A stretch of DNA of 64,000 nucleotides from Bacillota bacterium. GTDB taxonomy: Bacteria > Bacillota > Sulfobacillia > JAJZYS01 > JAJZLH01. Within the stretch, counting starts at the first letter, position 1. Every line of letters starts with the position of its first letter. The position numbers were made by a program, and so were the translations under genes. Below are positions 1 through 9,538 of this stretch, one piece after another. The notes under the pieces were generated by a model. It worked only from the letters and a program-made list of their open reading frames with translations, was not told where the DNA came from and made no database searches. The stretch covers positions 10,249 through 74,248 of the forward strand of contig JAKAUI010000058.1 in assembly GCA_021827745.1 (NCBI GenBank), in the 5' to 3' direction.

Positions 1-830
1 CGGCTGATCCTGCCGATGGCTCCCGAACAGCTGAACCACATGCCGCCCGGACCAGGGGTCAGAGGCCAGGGGCAGCTCTCGCCAGAGTTCGAAAACGACG
101 AGTTGCCCACGCCGGGCACGCCTGCCGAGAACAGAGAGAAGGTCCCAGTCGGGGTGATCCGGCCGATGCCCAGAGGTGCGTTGTTGCCGCCCGTGAGGCT
201 GGATGGCGGTAGGACCACAAACCACAAATTACCGGATGAATCAGGAGCATAGACGAACGCGTGTGGACCAGACACCAGGAACATCTGGTCGCCGTTCGGT
301 AGGCAGGTGAGGCGGACAGGCACCGTGCTGGCGGGTTGCCCGGGAGACGACAGGCTGGTGCGTGTGTTGCACCAGGATGGGAGGGTGACCGAGACGGTGG
401 TGGGGGTACTGCTGCTGGCAACTTTGGCGGCACTGACTGACACCACAACTGGGGCCGAGGTGGCCACCACCTGGCCCTTGCTGCTCGTGGCCAGCTCGGC
501 CGTGAATCGATAGGAGCCGGGAGCCAGGCTGAGCTTGATCGAGTTGGAGAACAGGATGTTCCACAGCTTGCCGTTCTCGTAGAGTCGGATCTCACCACTG
601 CCTGGCTGGGCCGTGGTGGCAGAATTGGCCAGGGTGAAATGGGAGACGGAGAAGCGGATCGTGAGATCAGTGGACGTCTGGGAGGAAGGGATCTTCAGGG
701 TGGACCCGGTGACGGGAGAGACGATCCTGATCGATGGCTTTACGGCCGGTGTCGCAGGCGCGCCACAGCCGGCGACTGCAAGCAGCAGGCACGGCAGCAC
801 GAGCAGGTGGACGAGCGATCTACTCGGCAT
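1..830 (-). CDS. Ig-like + Vgb-like beta-propeller lipoprotein, array copy A (3' end outside window)
   Basis: Not in the ORF track because it has no stop in the window. Manual translation from ATG 830 (GAAGGAGG RBS) gives MPSRSLVHLLVLPCLLLAVAGCGAPATPAVKPSIRIVSP...IRLYENGKLW...RLTCLP...APDSSGNLWFVV...GPGGMWFSC, open to base 1 and clearly paralogous to copies B-H. Confidence 0.85.
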   Translation of the reverse strand, partial: MPSRSLVHLLVLPCLLLAVAGCGAPATPAVKPSIRIVSPVTGSTLKIPSSQTSTDLTIRFSVSHFTLANSATTAQPGSGEIRLYENGKLWNILFSNSIKLSLAPGSYRFTAELATSSKGQVVATSAPVVVSVSAAKVASSSTPTTVSVTLPSWCNTRTSLSSPGQPASTVPVRLTCLPNGDQMFLVSGPHAFVYAPDSSGNLWFVVLPPSSLTGGNNAPLGIGRITPTGTFSLFSAGVPGVGNSSFSNSGESCPWPLTPGPGGMWFSCSGAIGRIS

Positions 831-876
831 CCGGATCCTCCTTCGCAGGTGAGCAGGGAGGCAGACACCGTGACTG

Positions 877-904
877 AGAGCCGCTCCCTCTAGCAAATGG
901 TTCC
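877..904 (-). promoter_or_regulatory. Putative ECF-sigma promoter of copy A (GGAACC-N16-GGCTCT)
   Basis: Same motif and 16-nt spacer about 45-50 nt upstream of the start in each array gene. Confidence 0.6.
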
Positions 905-1077
905 CGGCGGCGATGGGTCGTCCTGTGTAGATAACGATGCCAAAGTCGCGGTCCATGCCTAGAGCGAAGGTGGAAATCAAGAACCATCGTCTGGTCGGAG
1001 GTGTCCGATCCCGCTGAGATAAGGTGTCGTCTGGGATGTCCGTCCCATTCGGATCCTAGGAGATACCCCGACGGCCT

Positions 1078-2994
1078 CTAGGGAAGATTAGCGGTCGTGC
1101 TCGACGGGCTGATCTGGCCGAAGAATGTTGGCGCGTTGGACCCAGAGCGGGCCATCCCCCAGAAGCTCAGGTCGCCCGTCGGACCGAGGACGAGAGAGCC
1201 AAGGCCGTACCCTGCAGGCAGACCCGTAGAGAACACGCTGACCGTGCCGGATGGGCTGACCTTGCCGATGAACGGCCCCGAGTGAGAGTTCTGGTTCCCG
1301 ATGAACCAGATGTCGCCGCCCGGTTCTAATGTCAGGCCGGTCAAGAAACAGGACGTCGGAACCGAACAAGAAGCGAGTGGAGAGAAGCCCTTAGAGACGA
1401 CGCTGACCGTGCCGGACGGGCTGATCCTGCCGATGAAGTTGGTCTTGTTGGCTTCCGAGCCGAGGAACCACATATCACCTCTCACACCGGGGACAAAATT
1501 GCCAACAGAAGACGTCGAGGCAGGCAGGCCCTGGGTGACGCGGGTGACGGTTCCCGACGGGCTGATCCTATCGATGAAGCTCGCATGGTTGGGGCCTGCT
1601 CCGGCGAGCCAGATGTCGCCACTAGGGCCTATTCTCAAAATGCCCACTCCGCACCCAGCCGTCTGAGGCGAGCAAGGAGCCGATGGATACAGGTCATTGG
1701 TGAACCGGGTGACGCTGCCCGAGGGAGTGATCAGGCCGAAGCCTGTGGATCCGGGCTCTACACTGCTGCCAATGTAAAACAGCATGTCGCTGCCAGGGCC
1801 CGGGTGCAGGCACGACTGCGCCCAATCGGTACACATTTGTTGAAGACCCTGGGTAAACAGGGTGACTGCTCCAGACGGAGTGATTTTGCCGATGAAGCTC
1901 GGGTTGCTGGAGCCGTTCACGCTGGGGACGTTGGGGTTGTTGCCGGTGAACCACATGTTGCCGCCCGGACCCAAGGTCAAGGAACCAACTTGACAAGATG
2001 CCGGAGCCGAACCAGAGGCGGCCGGACACAGGCCCTTGGTGAACACGCTTGCCGTCCCCGACGGGCTGATCTTGCCGATGAAGTTGGTCTTGTTGGCTTC
2101 CGAGCCGACGAACCACATGTCACCGCCCAGACCGGGGACGAAATCACCGATAGAAGAGGTCGCGGCAGGCAGGCCCGTGGTGAACAGGCTGACCGTGCCG
2201 GACGGGCCGATCCTACCGATGGTTCCCGAGCAGCTGAACCACATGCCGCCGGGGCCAGGCGTCAGAGGCCAGGGGCAGGTGTCGCCAGAGTTCGAAAAGG
2301 GCGAGCTGCCCACGCCGGTCACGCCTGCCGAGAACAGGGAGAAGCTCCCGGCTGGGGTGATCCGACCGATGCCCAGAGGCGCGTTGCTGCCCCCCGTACC
2401 GAATGGCGGCGCGACCACAAACCACAGGTTGCCGGATGAGTCGGGAGCGTAGTAGAACTCATCAAAACCAGTCACCCTGAATATCTGGTCATCGCCGGGC
2501 AGGCAGGTCAGGCGGACGGACACCGTGCTGGCGCTCTGTCCGGTGGACGAGAGAGTGGCGCGGGTATTGCACCAGGCTGGGAGGGTGACCGAGGTGGAAG
2601 CACTAAGCGACATCGCAACTGGCGCCGAGGTGGCCACCACCTTGCCGTTCGTGACCAATTCGGCCTTGAACTGATAAGAGCCAGGACCAAGGCCGAGGCT
2701 GATCGAGTTGGAGGTCACCATGCCCCACAACTTGCCGTTCTCGTAGAGCCGGATCTGGCCGCTGCCCGATTGGGCGGCGCTGGCAAAATTGACCAGGGTG
2801 AAGTGAGAGACGGAGAAGCGGATCGTGACCGTGGTGGACGGTCGGAAGGAAGGAATCGTCAGGGTGGACCCGCTCGCAGGGGAGACGATTCGGATCGACG
2901 GTTTTGCGGCCGGTGTCGCAGGCGCGCCACAGCCGGCGGCAGCAAGCAGCAGCCACGGCAACACCAGGAGGCGGACGAGCGATCTACCAGGCAT
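1078..2994 (-). CDS. Ig-like + Vgb-like beta-propeller lipoprotein, copy B (9 repeats)
   Basis: Start moved to MPGRSLV (RBS GAAGGAGG); signal peptide with lipobox LAAAGC; repeats GPGGxxWF...IG[RK]I[TS]PSG...F..GLP. Confidence 0.88.
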   Translation of the reverse strand: MPGRSLVRLLVLPWLLLAAAGCGAPATPAAKPSIRIVSPASGSTLTIPSFRPSTTVTIRFSVSHFTLVNFASAAQSGSGQIRLYENGKLWGMVTSNSISLGLGPGSYQFKAELVTNGKVVATSAPVAMSLSASTSVTLPAWCNTRATLSSTGQSASTVSVRLTCLPGDDQIFRVTGFDEFYYAPDSSGNLWFVVAPPFGTGGSNAPLGIGRITPAGSFSLFSAGVTGVGSSPFSNSGDTCPWPLTPGPGGMWFSCSGTIGRIGPSGTVSLFTTGLPAATSSIGDFVPGLGGDMWFVGSEANKTNFIGKISPSGTASVFTKGLCPAASGSAPASCQVGSLTLGPGGNMWFTGNNPNVPSVNGSSNPSFIGKITPSGAVTLFTQGLQQMCTDWAQSCLHPGPGSDMLFYIGSSVEPGSTGFGLITPSGSVTRFTNDLYPSAPCSPQTAGCGVGILRIGPSGDIWLAGAGPNHASFIDRISPSGTVTRVTQGLPASTSSVGNFVPGVRGDMWFLGSEANKTNFIGRISPSGTVSVVSKGFSPLASCSVPTSCFLTGLTLEPGGDIWFIGNQNSHSGPFIGKVSPSGTVSVFSTGLPAGYGLGSLVLGPTGDLSFWGMARSGSNAPTFFGQISPSSTTANLP

Positions 2995-3040
2995 CCAGAC
3001 CCTCCTTCCCAGGTGAGCACAGAGGCAGACACCGAGACAG

Positions 3041-3068
3041 AGAGTCCCTCCCTCCAGCAAATGGTTCC
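3041..3068 (-). promoter_or_regulatory. Putative ECF-sigma promoter of copy B (GGAACC-N16-GACTCT)
   Basis: Conserved bipartite motif, exact 16-nt spacer. Confidence 0.65.
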
Positions 3069-3264
3069 CAGCGAAGGTGAGTCGTCCTCTCTGTATCGCG
3101 GCGCCAGCGCCCTAGGAAAGCGGCGAACGAAGATCTTGGGTTTATTCCCCTGCGAAGAAGAGGACCCAAGGCCCCTGACAGGCTGAGGGTGGCCGGTCCT
3201 GCGGAGAAGGGTGTCATGTGAGTCGTCCGTCCGATTCGGATCCTAGGAGACACCAGATGGGCCT

Positions 3265-5112
3265 CTAGGGAAGATTAGCGGTCGTGCCCGACGGGCTGAT
3301 CTGGCCGAAGAATGTTGGCGGGTTGGGGCCAGAGTCGACGCTCCCGAAGAAGCTCAGATCGCCTGTCGGCCCTTGGACGAGATCGCTTACGCTGGACGTC
3401 GACACAGGCAGGCCTTTGGTGAACAGCGTGACCGTCCCGGACGAGCTGATCTCGCCGATGAACGGTGGCCCCGAGTTGGCACTCGCGTTCCCCAGGAACC
3501 AGATTTCGCCGCCCGGGCCTAGTGTTAGGTTGCCTACAGAGCAAGACATAGGAGTCGAACAAGAAGCGGACGGATACAGGCCCTTAGAGAACACGCTGAT
3601 CACGCCTGACGGACTGATCTTGCCGATGAAGTCGGCGTTGTTGGAGCCTGAGCCGACAAACCACATATTGCCGCTCGGGCCAACGACGAGATTGCCACTA
3701 AAGGACGTCGACGCAGGCAGTCCCTTGGTGAAGTGGGTGATGGTCCCGGACGGACTGATCCTGTCGACGAAGCTCACATGGTTGGGGCCTGATCCGGCGA
3801 GCCAGATGTCGCCACTAGGGCCTATTGTCAAACTGCCCACTCCGCACCCAGCCGTCTGAGGCGAGCAAGGAGCCGATGGATACAGGTCATTGGTAAACCG
3901 GGTGACGCTGCCCGAGGGAGTGATCAGGCCGAAGCCGGTGGATCCGGGCTCTACACTGCTGCCAATGTAGAACAGCATGTCGCTGCCAGGGCCCGGGTGC
4001 AGGCACGACTGCGCCCAATCGGTACACATTTGTTGAAGACCCTGGGTAAACAGGGTGACTGCCCCAGACGGAGTGATCTTGCCGATGAGGCCGCGGCCGG
4101 TGAACCAGATGTCACCGCCGGGGCCCAATGTCAGATCGTTCCCATAGCAAGCTGAGCCGGTCGAACATGTAAACAGTGGATGCAGGGCCTTTGCCAACAC
4201 GGTGATCGTACCCGACGGCGTGATTTTGCCGATGAAGTTGGTGTGAGATGAGCCCGTACCGTCGAACCACAGATCCCCGCCCAGACCAGGGACGAAATTG
4301 CCAATAGAAGACGTCGACCCAGGCAGGCCCTTCGTGAACAGACTGACGGTTCCGGAGGGGCTGATCCTGCCGATGGATCCAGGACAGCCGAACCACATGC
4401 CGCCGGGCCCAAGTGTCAACGGATAGAGGCAGATCTCGGCAGGGCCCGGAGACAGCAAGCTGTTCCCGGGTGTCGCGAACAGGGAGAAGGTCCCGGTCGG
4501 GGTGATTCGGCCGATGCCCAGAGGTGCGTTGCTGCCCGTGAGGCTAAATGGCCTTCCGACGACAAACCAGAGGTTGCCCGATGAGTCAGGAGCATAGAAG
4601 AAGTTGCCTGGGGAGGTTTCATGGAAGATCTGCTCACCAGCAGGCAGGCAGGTGAGGCGGAGAGATACCGTACGGGCGGGCTGTCCGTTGGACGTGAGGC
4701 TGATGCGCGTATTGCACAAGGACGAGAGAGTGGCCGAGACGTGGGCGGCGCTGACCGTCACGACAACGGGTGCCGAGGCGGCCATCACCTTGCCGTTCGT
4801 GACCAGCTCGGCCGTGAATCGATACGAGCCGGCAGCAAGGATGAGACCGATCGAGTTGGAGGTCACCATGCCCCACAATTTGCCGTTTTCGTCCAGTCGG
4901 ATCTGGTTACTGCCGCCGGCGGTGAAGTGAGAGACGGCCCACCGGACGGTGACTGCTTCGGTAGGCCCGCTCGTCACGAAATTGGACCCAGTTGCTGGCG
5001 AGACGATCCGGATCGAAGGCTTTGCGGCTGGTGTGGCCGGAGCGCCACAGCCGACGGCAGCGAGCAGCAGCCCCGGCAACACGAGGAGGCGGACGAACGA
5101 TCTACCAGGCAT
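3265..5112 (-). CDS. Ig-like + Vgb-like beta-propeller lipoprotein, copy C (9 repeats)
   Basis: 615 aa ORF, GGAGGAGG RBS, lipobox AAVGC, nine W/F repeats. Confidence 0.88.
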   Translation of the reverse strand: MPGRSFVRLLVLPGLLLAAVGCGAPATPAAKPSIRIVSPATGSNFVTSGPTEAVTVRWAVSHFTAGGSNQIRLDENGKLWGMVTSNSIGLILAAGSYRFTAELVTNGKVMAASAPVVVTVSAAHVSATLSSLCNTRISLTSNGQPARTVSLRLTCLPAGEQIFHETSPGNFFYAPDSSGNLWFVVGRPFSLTGSNAPLGIGRITPTGTFSLFATPGNSLLSPGPAEICLYPLTLGPGGMWFGCPGSIGRISPSGTVSLFTKGLPGSTSSIGNFVPGLGGDLWFDGTGSSHTNFIGKITPSGTITVLAKALHPLFTCSTGSACYGNDLTLGPGGDIWFTGRGLIGKITPSGAVTLFTQGLQQMCTDWAQSCLHPGPGSDMLFYIGSSVEPGSTGFGLITPSGSVTRFTNDLYPSAPCSPQTAGCGVGSLTIGPSGDIWLAGSGPNHVSFVDRISPSGTITHFTKGLPASTSFSGNLVVGPSGNMWFVGSGSNNADFIGKISPSGVISVFSKGLYPSASCSTPMSCSVGNLTLGPGGEIWFLGNASANSGPPFIGEISSSGTVTLFTKGLPVSTSSVSDLVQGPTGDLSFFGSVDSGPNPPTFFGQISPSGTTANLP

Positions 5113-5157
5113 CCAGACCCTCCTCCCCAGGTGAGCACAGAGGCAGGCACGAGACTG

Positions 5158-5185
5158 AGAGTCTTTCCCCGTAGGAAATGGTTCC
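5158..5185 (-). promoter_or_regulatory. Putative ECF-sigma promoter of copy C (GGAACC-N16-GACTCT)
   Basis: Conserved bipartite motif, exact 16-nt spacer. Confidence 0.65.
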
Positions 5186-5334
5186 CGGCGGCGATGAGTC
5201 GTCCTGTTTAGATAGCAGTGCCAAAGTCACGGTCGATGCCTGGAGCGAAGGTGGAAATCGAAAACCTGAGCCCGACCGGCGGTGTCCGATCCTGCTGTGA
5301 AGCGTGTCGTCTGAGAGGTCCATGCGACTTGCCG

Positions 5335-7245
5335 CTAGGGAAAGGGTGTGGTCGTGGTGGACGGGGTGATCTGGCCGAAGAATGTTGGCGCGTCATGCCC
5401 AGGGTCGGCGAACCCCAGGAAACTCAGGGTCCCTGTCGGACCAAGGCTCAGTGAGCCCAGTTCGTACGCTGCAGGCAAGCCCTTAGAGAACACGCTGACC
5501 GTGCCGGAGGGACTGATCCTGCCGATGAACGGCGGTGCCGAGCCAGTGCTCGTGGATCCCAGGAACCAGATGGCGCCGTCCGGGCCTGCTGTCGGGTCGC
5601 TCACAAAGCAAGATGCCGCAGTAGAAGCAGCGCTGGCCGGACACAGAGCCTTTGTAAACAGCGTCACGGTCCCAGACGGACTGATCTTGCCAATGTAGCT
5701 GGCGTTGCTGGGCCCGTAGCCGCTGAACCAGACGGCACCGTCAGGACTCAATGTCAGGTGGCCCAGAGAGCAGGAAGACGAACAAGGACCGGACGGATAC
5801 AGGCCCTTGGTGAACAGCGTGACGGTCCCGGACGGGCTGATCTTGCCGATGAACGTTATCGCCGGGTTGGTGGACGCGTACCCGGTGAACCAGACGGTAC
5901 CGTCAGGACTCAATGTCAAGCCACTCGGAGAGCAGAAAGTCGAACAAAGAGCGGACGGAGCCAGGCCCTTCGTGAAGTGGGTGACGGTTCCTGACGGGCT
6001 GACCTTATCGATGAAGATGGGGTTGTTTGGGCCCGATCCGGCGAGCCAGATGTCGCCGCCAGGGCCCACTGTCAGGTCGCTCATAAAGCAAGACGGCTGA
6101 GCCGGACAAGAAGCGGACGGATACAGGGCGTTGGTGAACCGGCTGACGCTCCCAGACGGAGTGATCAAACCGAAGCCAATTGTTGCGTTGGCTGTAGTGC
6201 CGCCGACGGAGAACAACATGTCGCTGCCAGGCCCCGGTTGCAGGCACGTCTGCTCGGCCAAGCCGGGACACATCGCTTGAAGGCCCCGGGGAACAAGGGT
6301 GACGGCGCCAGACGGACTGATCATGCCAATGAAGCTGGTGTTGTTGGACCCGTATCCACGGAACAAGATGTCGCCGTTCCGGCCCCATGTCAGGTCGTTC
6401 AGAGCGCAGGACGTCGGAGTCGAACAATAGGCGGATGGAGCCAGTCCCTTGGTGAACAGACTGATCGTGCCGGACGGGACGATCTTGCCGATGACTCCCG
6501 GACAGCCGAACCACATGCCGCCGGGACCAGGTGTCAAGGGGTACAGGCCGCTCGACAGGCAGCCGGATGTAGAGAGTCCCTTCGAGTACACGGAAAAGGT
6601 CCCGGTCAGGGTGATCCGACCGATGCCCAGACGCGCGTAGGTGACTCCCGTGCCGGATGGCGGGGCGACCACAAACCACAGATTGCCGGATGAGTCAGGA
6701 GCGTAGAACTCGTGAAAACCGGTCATCCTGAAAATCTGATCGCCGCCCGGCAAGCAGGTCAGGCGAACGGACACCGTGCTGGCGGGCTGCCGATCGGACA
6801 TGAGACCGGTGCGCGTGTTGCACCAGGATGGGACGGTGACCGAAACGCCGGCGTTGCTGGCAACACCGCTGCTGCCATTGACCGACACCACAACTGGCGC
6901 CGAGGTGGCCACTACCTTCCCTTTCCCGACCAACTCGACCTTGAACTGATAAGAGCCTGGACCAAGGCTGAGGCTGATCGAGTTGGCGGAAACTGCGGCC
7001 CGCCACTTGCCGTTCTCGTACAGTCGGATCTGGTCGCTGCCGCCGGCGGTGAAGTGAGAGACGGCCCACCTGACGGTGACCGTGGTGTCCACCTGGGAGG
7101 ACGAGATCTTCAGGCTGGATCCATTGGCAGGCGAGACGATCCGGATCGAAGGCTTTGCCCCTGGTGTGGCCAGAGCGCCACAGCCGGCGGCAGCGAGCAG
7201 CAGGCAAGGCACAAGCAGGAGGCGGACTAGTGACTTATGAGACAT
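5335..7245 (-). CDS. Ig-like + Vgb-like beta-propeller lipoprotein, copy D (9 repeats)
   Basis: 636 aa ORF, RBS GAGGAGG, lipobox AAAGC, nine repeats, many Cys-pair loops. Confidence 0.88.
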   Translation of the reverse strand: MSHKSLVRLLLVPCLLLAAAGCGALATPGAKPSIRIVSPANGSSLKISSSQVDTTVTVRWAVSHFTAGGSDQIRLYENGKWRAAVSANSISLSLGPGSYQFKVELVGKGKVVATSAPVVVSVNGSSGVASNAGVSVTVPSWCNTRTGLMSDRQPASTVSVRLTCLPGGDQIFRMTGFHEFYAPDSSGNLWFVVAPPSGTGVTYARLGIGRITLTGTFSVYSKGLSTSGCLSSGLYPLTPGPGGMWFGCPGVIGKIVPSGTISLFTKGLAPSAYCSTPTSCALNDLTWGRNGDILFRGYGSNNTSFIGMISPSGAVTLVPRGLQAMCPGLAEQTCLQPGPGSDMLFSVGGTTANATIGFGLITPSGSVSRFTNALYPSASCPAQPSCFMSDLTVGPGGDIWLAGSGPNNPIFIDKVSPSGTVTHFTKGLAPSALCSTFCSPSGLTLSPDGTVWFTGYASTNPAITFIGKISPSGTVTLFTKGLYPSGPCSSSCSLGHLTLSPDGAVWFSGYGPSNASYIGKISPSGTVTLFTKALCPASAASTAASCFVSDPTAGPDGAIWFLGSTSTGSAPPFIGRISPSGTVSVFSKGLPAAYELGSLSLGPTGTLSFLGFADPGHDAPTFFGQITPSTTTTPFP

Positions 7246-7290
7246 TCCGACCCTCCTCTCCAGGCGAGCGCAGAGGCGACACCATGACTA

Positions 7291-7318
7291 AGCGTCTGCT
7301 CGAGTGGCAAGTGGATCT
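7291..7318 (-). promoter_or_regulatory. Degenerate version of the array promoter motif, copy D (AGATCC-N16-GACGCT)
   Basis: Same position and spacer as in the other copies, with mismatches in both boxes. Confidence 0.4.
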
Positions 7319-7506
7319 AGGAGGCGCGTGTCACCCTGCGACGGACGACTCAGGCGATGGCGACTGGGGACATCTGCCCTCCCGGCTGCAATTTGTCCAC
7401 CGACCTTCTTGTCGCTTGGGCCGGGGGCCGCAGTCGGTCAGCCGCACCAGCTGCCGGAAGCGGAACCCGCGATGGAGGCGCATTAGCCCTACCGTAGGTG
7501 GGCATT

Positions 7507-9339
7507 CTACGGCGAGGCGGCCGCCGCCGTGACCAGCCCCAGGCCCTCCGTGTTGGCGTTGACGGCCCAGAAAAACCACAGGCGTTTGCCTGGTCCCGAT
7601 GTCAAGTGGTTACCGCTAGGCAGGTGGCTTTTCGTGAACAGGCTGATCGTCCCGGACGAAGTGATCTCTCCGATCGAGAACTGGCCTCCGTTACCCGTGT
7701 AGACGGTGAACCAGAGGTTTCCGCCAGGGCCGAGGACCAAACGCCCCAGGTAGTCTCCGGCAGGCAGGCCCTTGGTGAACAGGTTGACGGTCCCAGACGG
7801 CCCGATCCTGCCGATGCTTGTCGTAGAAGCGTTGCATCCGGTGGATACGGTGAACCACATAGCGCCCGCCGAGCCTGGGGTCAGGCCGCTCAGATTCGGA
7901 CAAGAAGCGGCCGGCGGCAGGCCCTTGGTCAGCAGCGTGATCGTTCCAGACGGCGTGATCCTGCCAATGGACGCTTGGCCTCCGCTACTGCCGCATCCTG
8001 ATCCTGTGGACAAGGTGAACCACATGTCGCCGCCTGGGCCTGGGGTCAGGCCGATGCCGCCGTATTCCAACGACAAGCCACCCAGCGTCGGACAGGACGC
8101 AGCCGGTGGCAGGCCCGTGCTGAAGAGTGAGACCGTCCCGGACGAAGGGATCTTGCCGATGTCTGAGACCCACGGCCCGCGGCATGAACTCCCCGCTGCG
8201 AACCACAAGTTGCCGCCAAGGTCTGGCGTCAATCCGGCCAGTCCAGAGCAGGTTCCGGCCGGGAGGCCCGTGGGAAACACGGAGATGACTCCGGACGGGG
8301 TAATTCGGCCGATCGAGAGGACACCCCCCATCTTCCCGAAAACGGTGAACCACAGGTTGTCGCCAGGGCCGGGGACCAAAGGCCCCGGATAGCCTCCGGC
8401 AGGCAGGCCCTTGGTGAACAGCGTGATCGCGCCGGCCGGGGTGATCTTGCCGATCGAGAACGAGCTCCCGCTGCCGGTGTAGACCGTGAACCACTGGTCG
8501 CCGCTTGTGCCCAAAGTCAGGTCGCTCAGATAGCCGGCTTTGGGCAGACCCTTGGAGAAGAGCGTGATCGCCCCGGACCGGGTGATCCTGCCGATCGCTC
8601 CCTGACAGGGGAACCACAGGCCACCTGGCCCAGGTGTCAGTGGGTAGGGCCCGTCCGGCCCGCAATCGGATGCGGGCAGGCCCTTCGTGAATACGGACAT
8701 GGCCCCAGACGGGGTGATCCTGGCAATCCCTCGAGCGGAGTTGTCGTTCGTCGAGCCGAGCACAAACCACAGGTTGCCGGAGGAATCAGGCACAAAGAAG
8801 AAGTCATGTGGCGAAGTGATATGAAACACGGTGTCGGCACCAGGTAGGCAGAAGAGACGGATGGAGACTGCCTGGGCCCCCGCCGAGCCGGTGGTCACGC
8901 CCCGGGGCGAATCGGGGCAGGCGTGCCTTGCTGTCCCTAGCCATGGCAGCGAACTGACGGACAGCACGGAGGTCGCCGAGGTGGCAACCACGCTGCCGTT
9001 TGTCACCAGCACGGCCCTGAGCAGGTAGGAGCCGGGAGCCAGATCGAGGCGGATCGAGCTTGTGGAAGAAACCGCCACTGCCTTGCCGTTCTCGTACAGC
9101 CGGATCTGGCCGCTGCCTGGTTGGGTGTTGCCGCTTGCGTCGACCAGGGTGAAATGGGAGACGGACACGCGGACTGTGACTATGGCCACCGCCCGACTGG
9201 TCAGCGGGAGATTGGAGCCGGTGGTCGGCGCGAGGATGCGGACCGCCGGCTGGGTTGGTGCCACCGAACTGCCACACCCGGAAACGGCGAGTAGCAGACA
9301 GGCAGTCAGGAGAAGGCGGACCCGGGGTCTATCATGCAT
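7507..9339 (-). CDS. Ig-like + Vgb-like beta-propeller lipoprotein, copy E (9 repeats)
   Basis: 610 aa ORF, lipobox AVSGC, nine WF repeats. Confidence 0.88.
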   Translation of the reverse strand: MHDRPRVRLLLTACLLLAVSGCGSSVAPTQPAVRILAPTTGSNLPLTSRAVAIVTVRVSVSHFTLVDASGNTQPGSGQIRLYENGKAVAVSSTSSIRLDLAPGSYLLRAVLVTNGSVVATSATSVLSVSSLPWLGTARHACPDSPRGVTTGSAGAQAVSIRLFCLPGADTVFHITSPHDFFFVPDSSGNLWFVLGSTNDNSARGIARITPSGAMSVFTKGLPASDCGPDGPYPLTPGPGGLWFPCQGAIGRITRSGAITLFSKGLPKAGYLSDLTLGTSGDQWFTVYTGSGSSFSIGKITPAGAITLFTKGLPAGGYPGPLVPGPGDNLWFTVFGKMGGVLSIGRITPSGVISVFPTGLPAGTCSGLAGLTPDLGGNLWFAAGSSCRGPWVSDIGKIPSSGTVSLFSTGLPPAASCPTLGGLSLEYGGIGLTPGPGGDMWFTLSTGSGCGSSGGQASIGRITPSGTITLLTKGLPPAASCPNLSGLTPGSAGAMWFTVSTGCNASTTSIGRIGPSGTVNLFTKGLPAGDYLGRLVLGPGGNLWFTVYTGNGGQFSIGEITSSGTISLFTKSHLPSGNHLTSGPGKRLWFFWAVNANTEGLGLVTAAAASP

Positions 9340-9386
9340 GAGGACCGTCCTCTCCAGGCGAGAGCGAGAGCCGACACCATCACTGC

Positions 9387-9414
9387 AGAGTCTTTCTCTT
9401 TAGAAAACGGTTCC
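9387..9414 (-). promoter_or_regulatory. Putative ECF-sigma promoter of copy E (GGAACC-N16-GACTCT)
   Basis: Both boxes conserved although the spacer sequence differs. Confidence 0.65.
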
Positions 9415-9538
9415 CGCGAGCCGCGGGTCCTCCTCCGTCAAGCCGTCGGAATCCGGCCGGTAGGCAGAGAGACGACAGCGGTTGCCCGTCGGCCGGTGCG
9501 TCTTACAGTCGCAGTGCGCGCAGGGGCAATTCCCGAGG

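Noticed and set aside
1584-4088. Diversity-generating retroelement template/variable repeat pair
   Set aside because: The mismatches are not adenine-specific, both copies lie inside coding genes, and there is no reverse transcriptase in the window.
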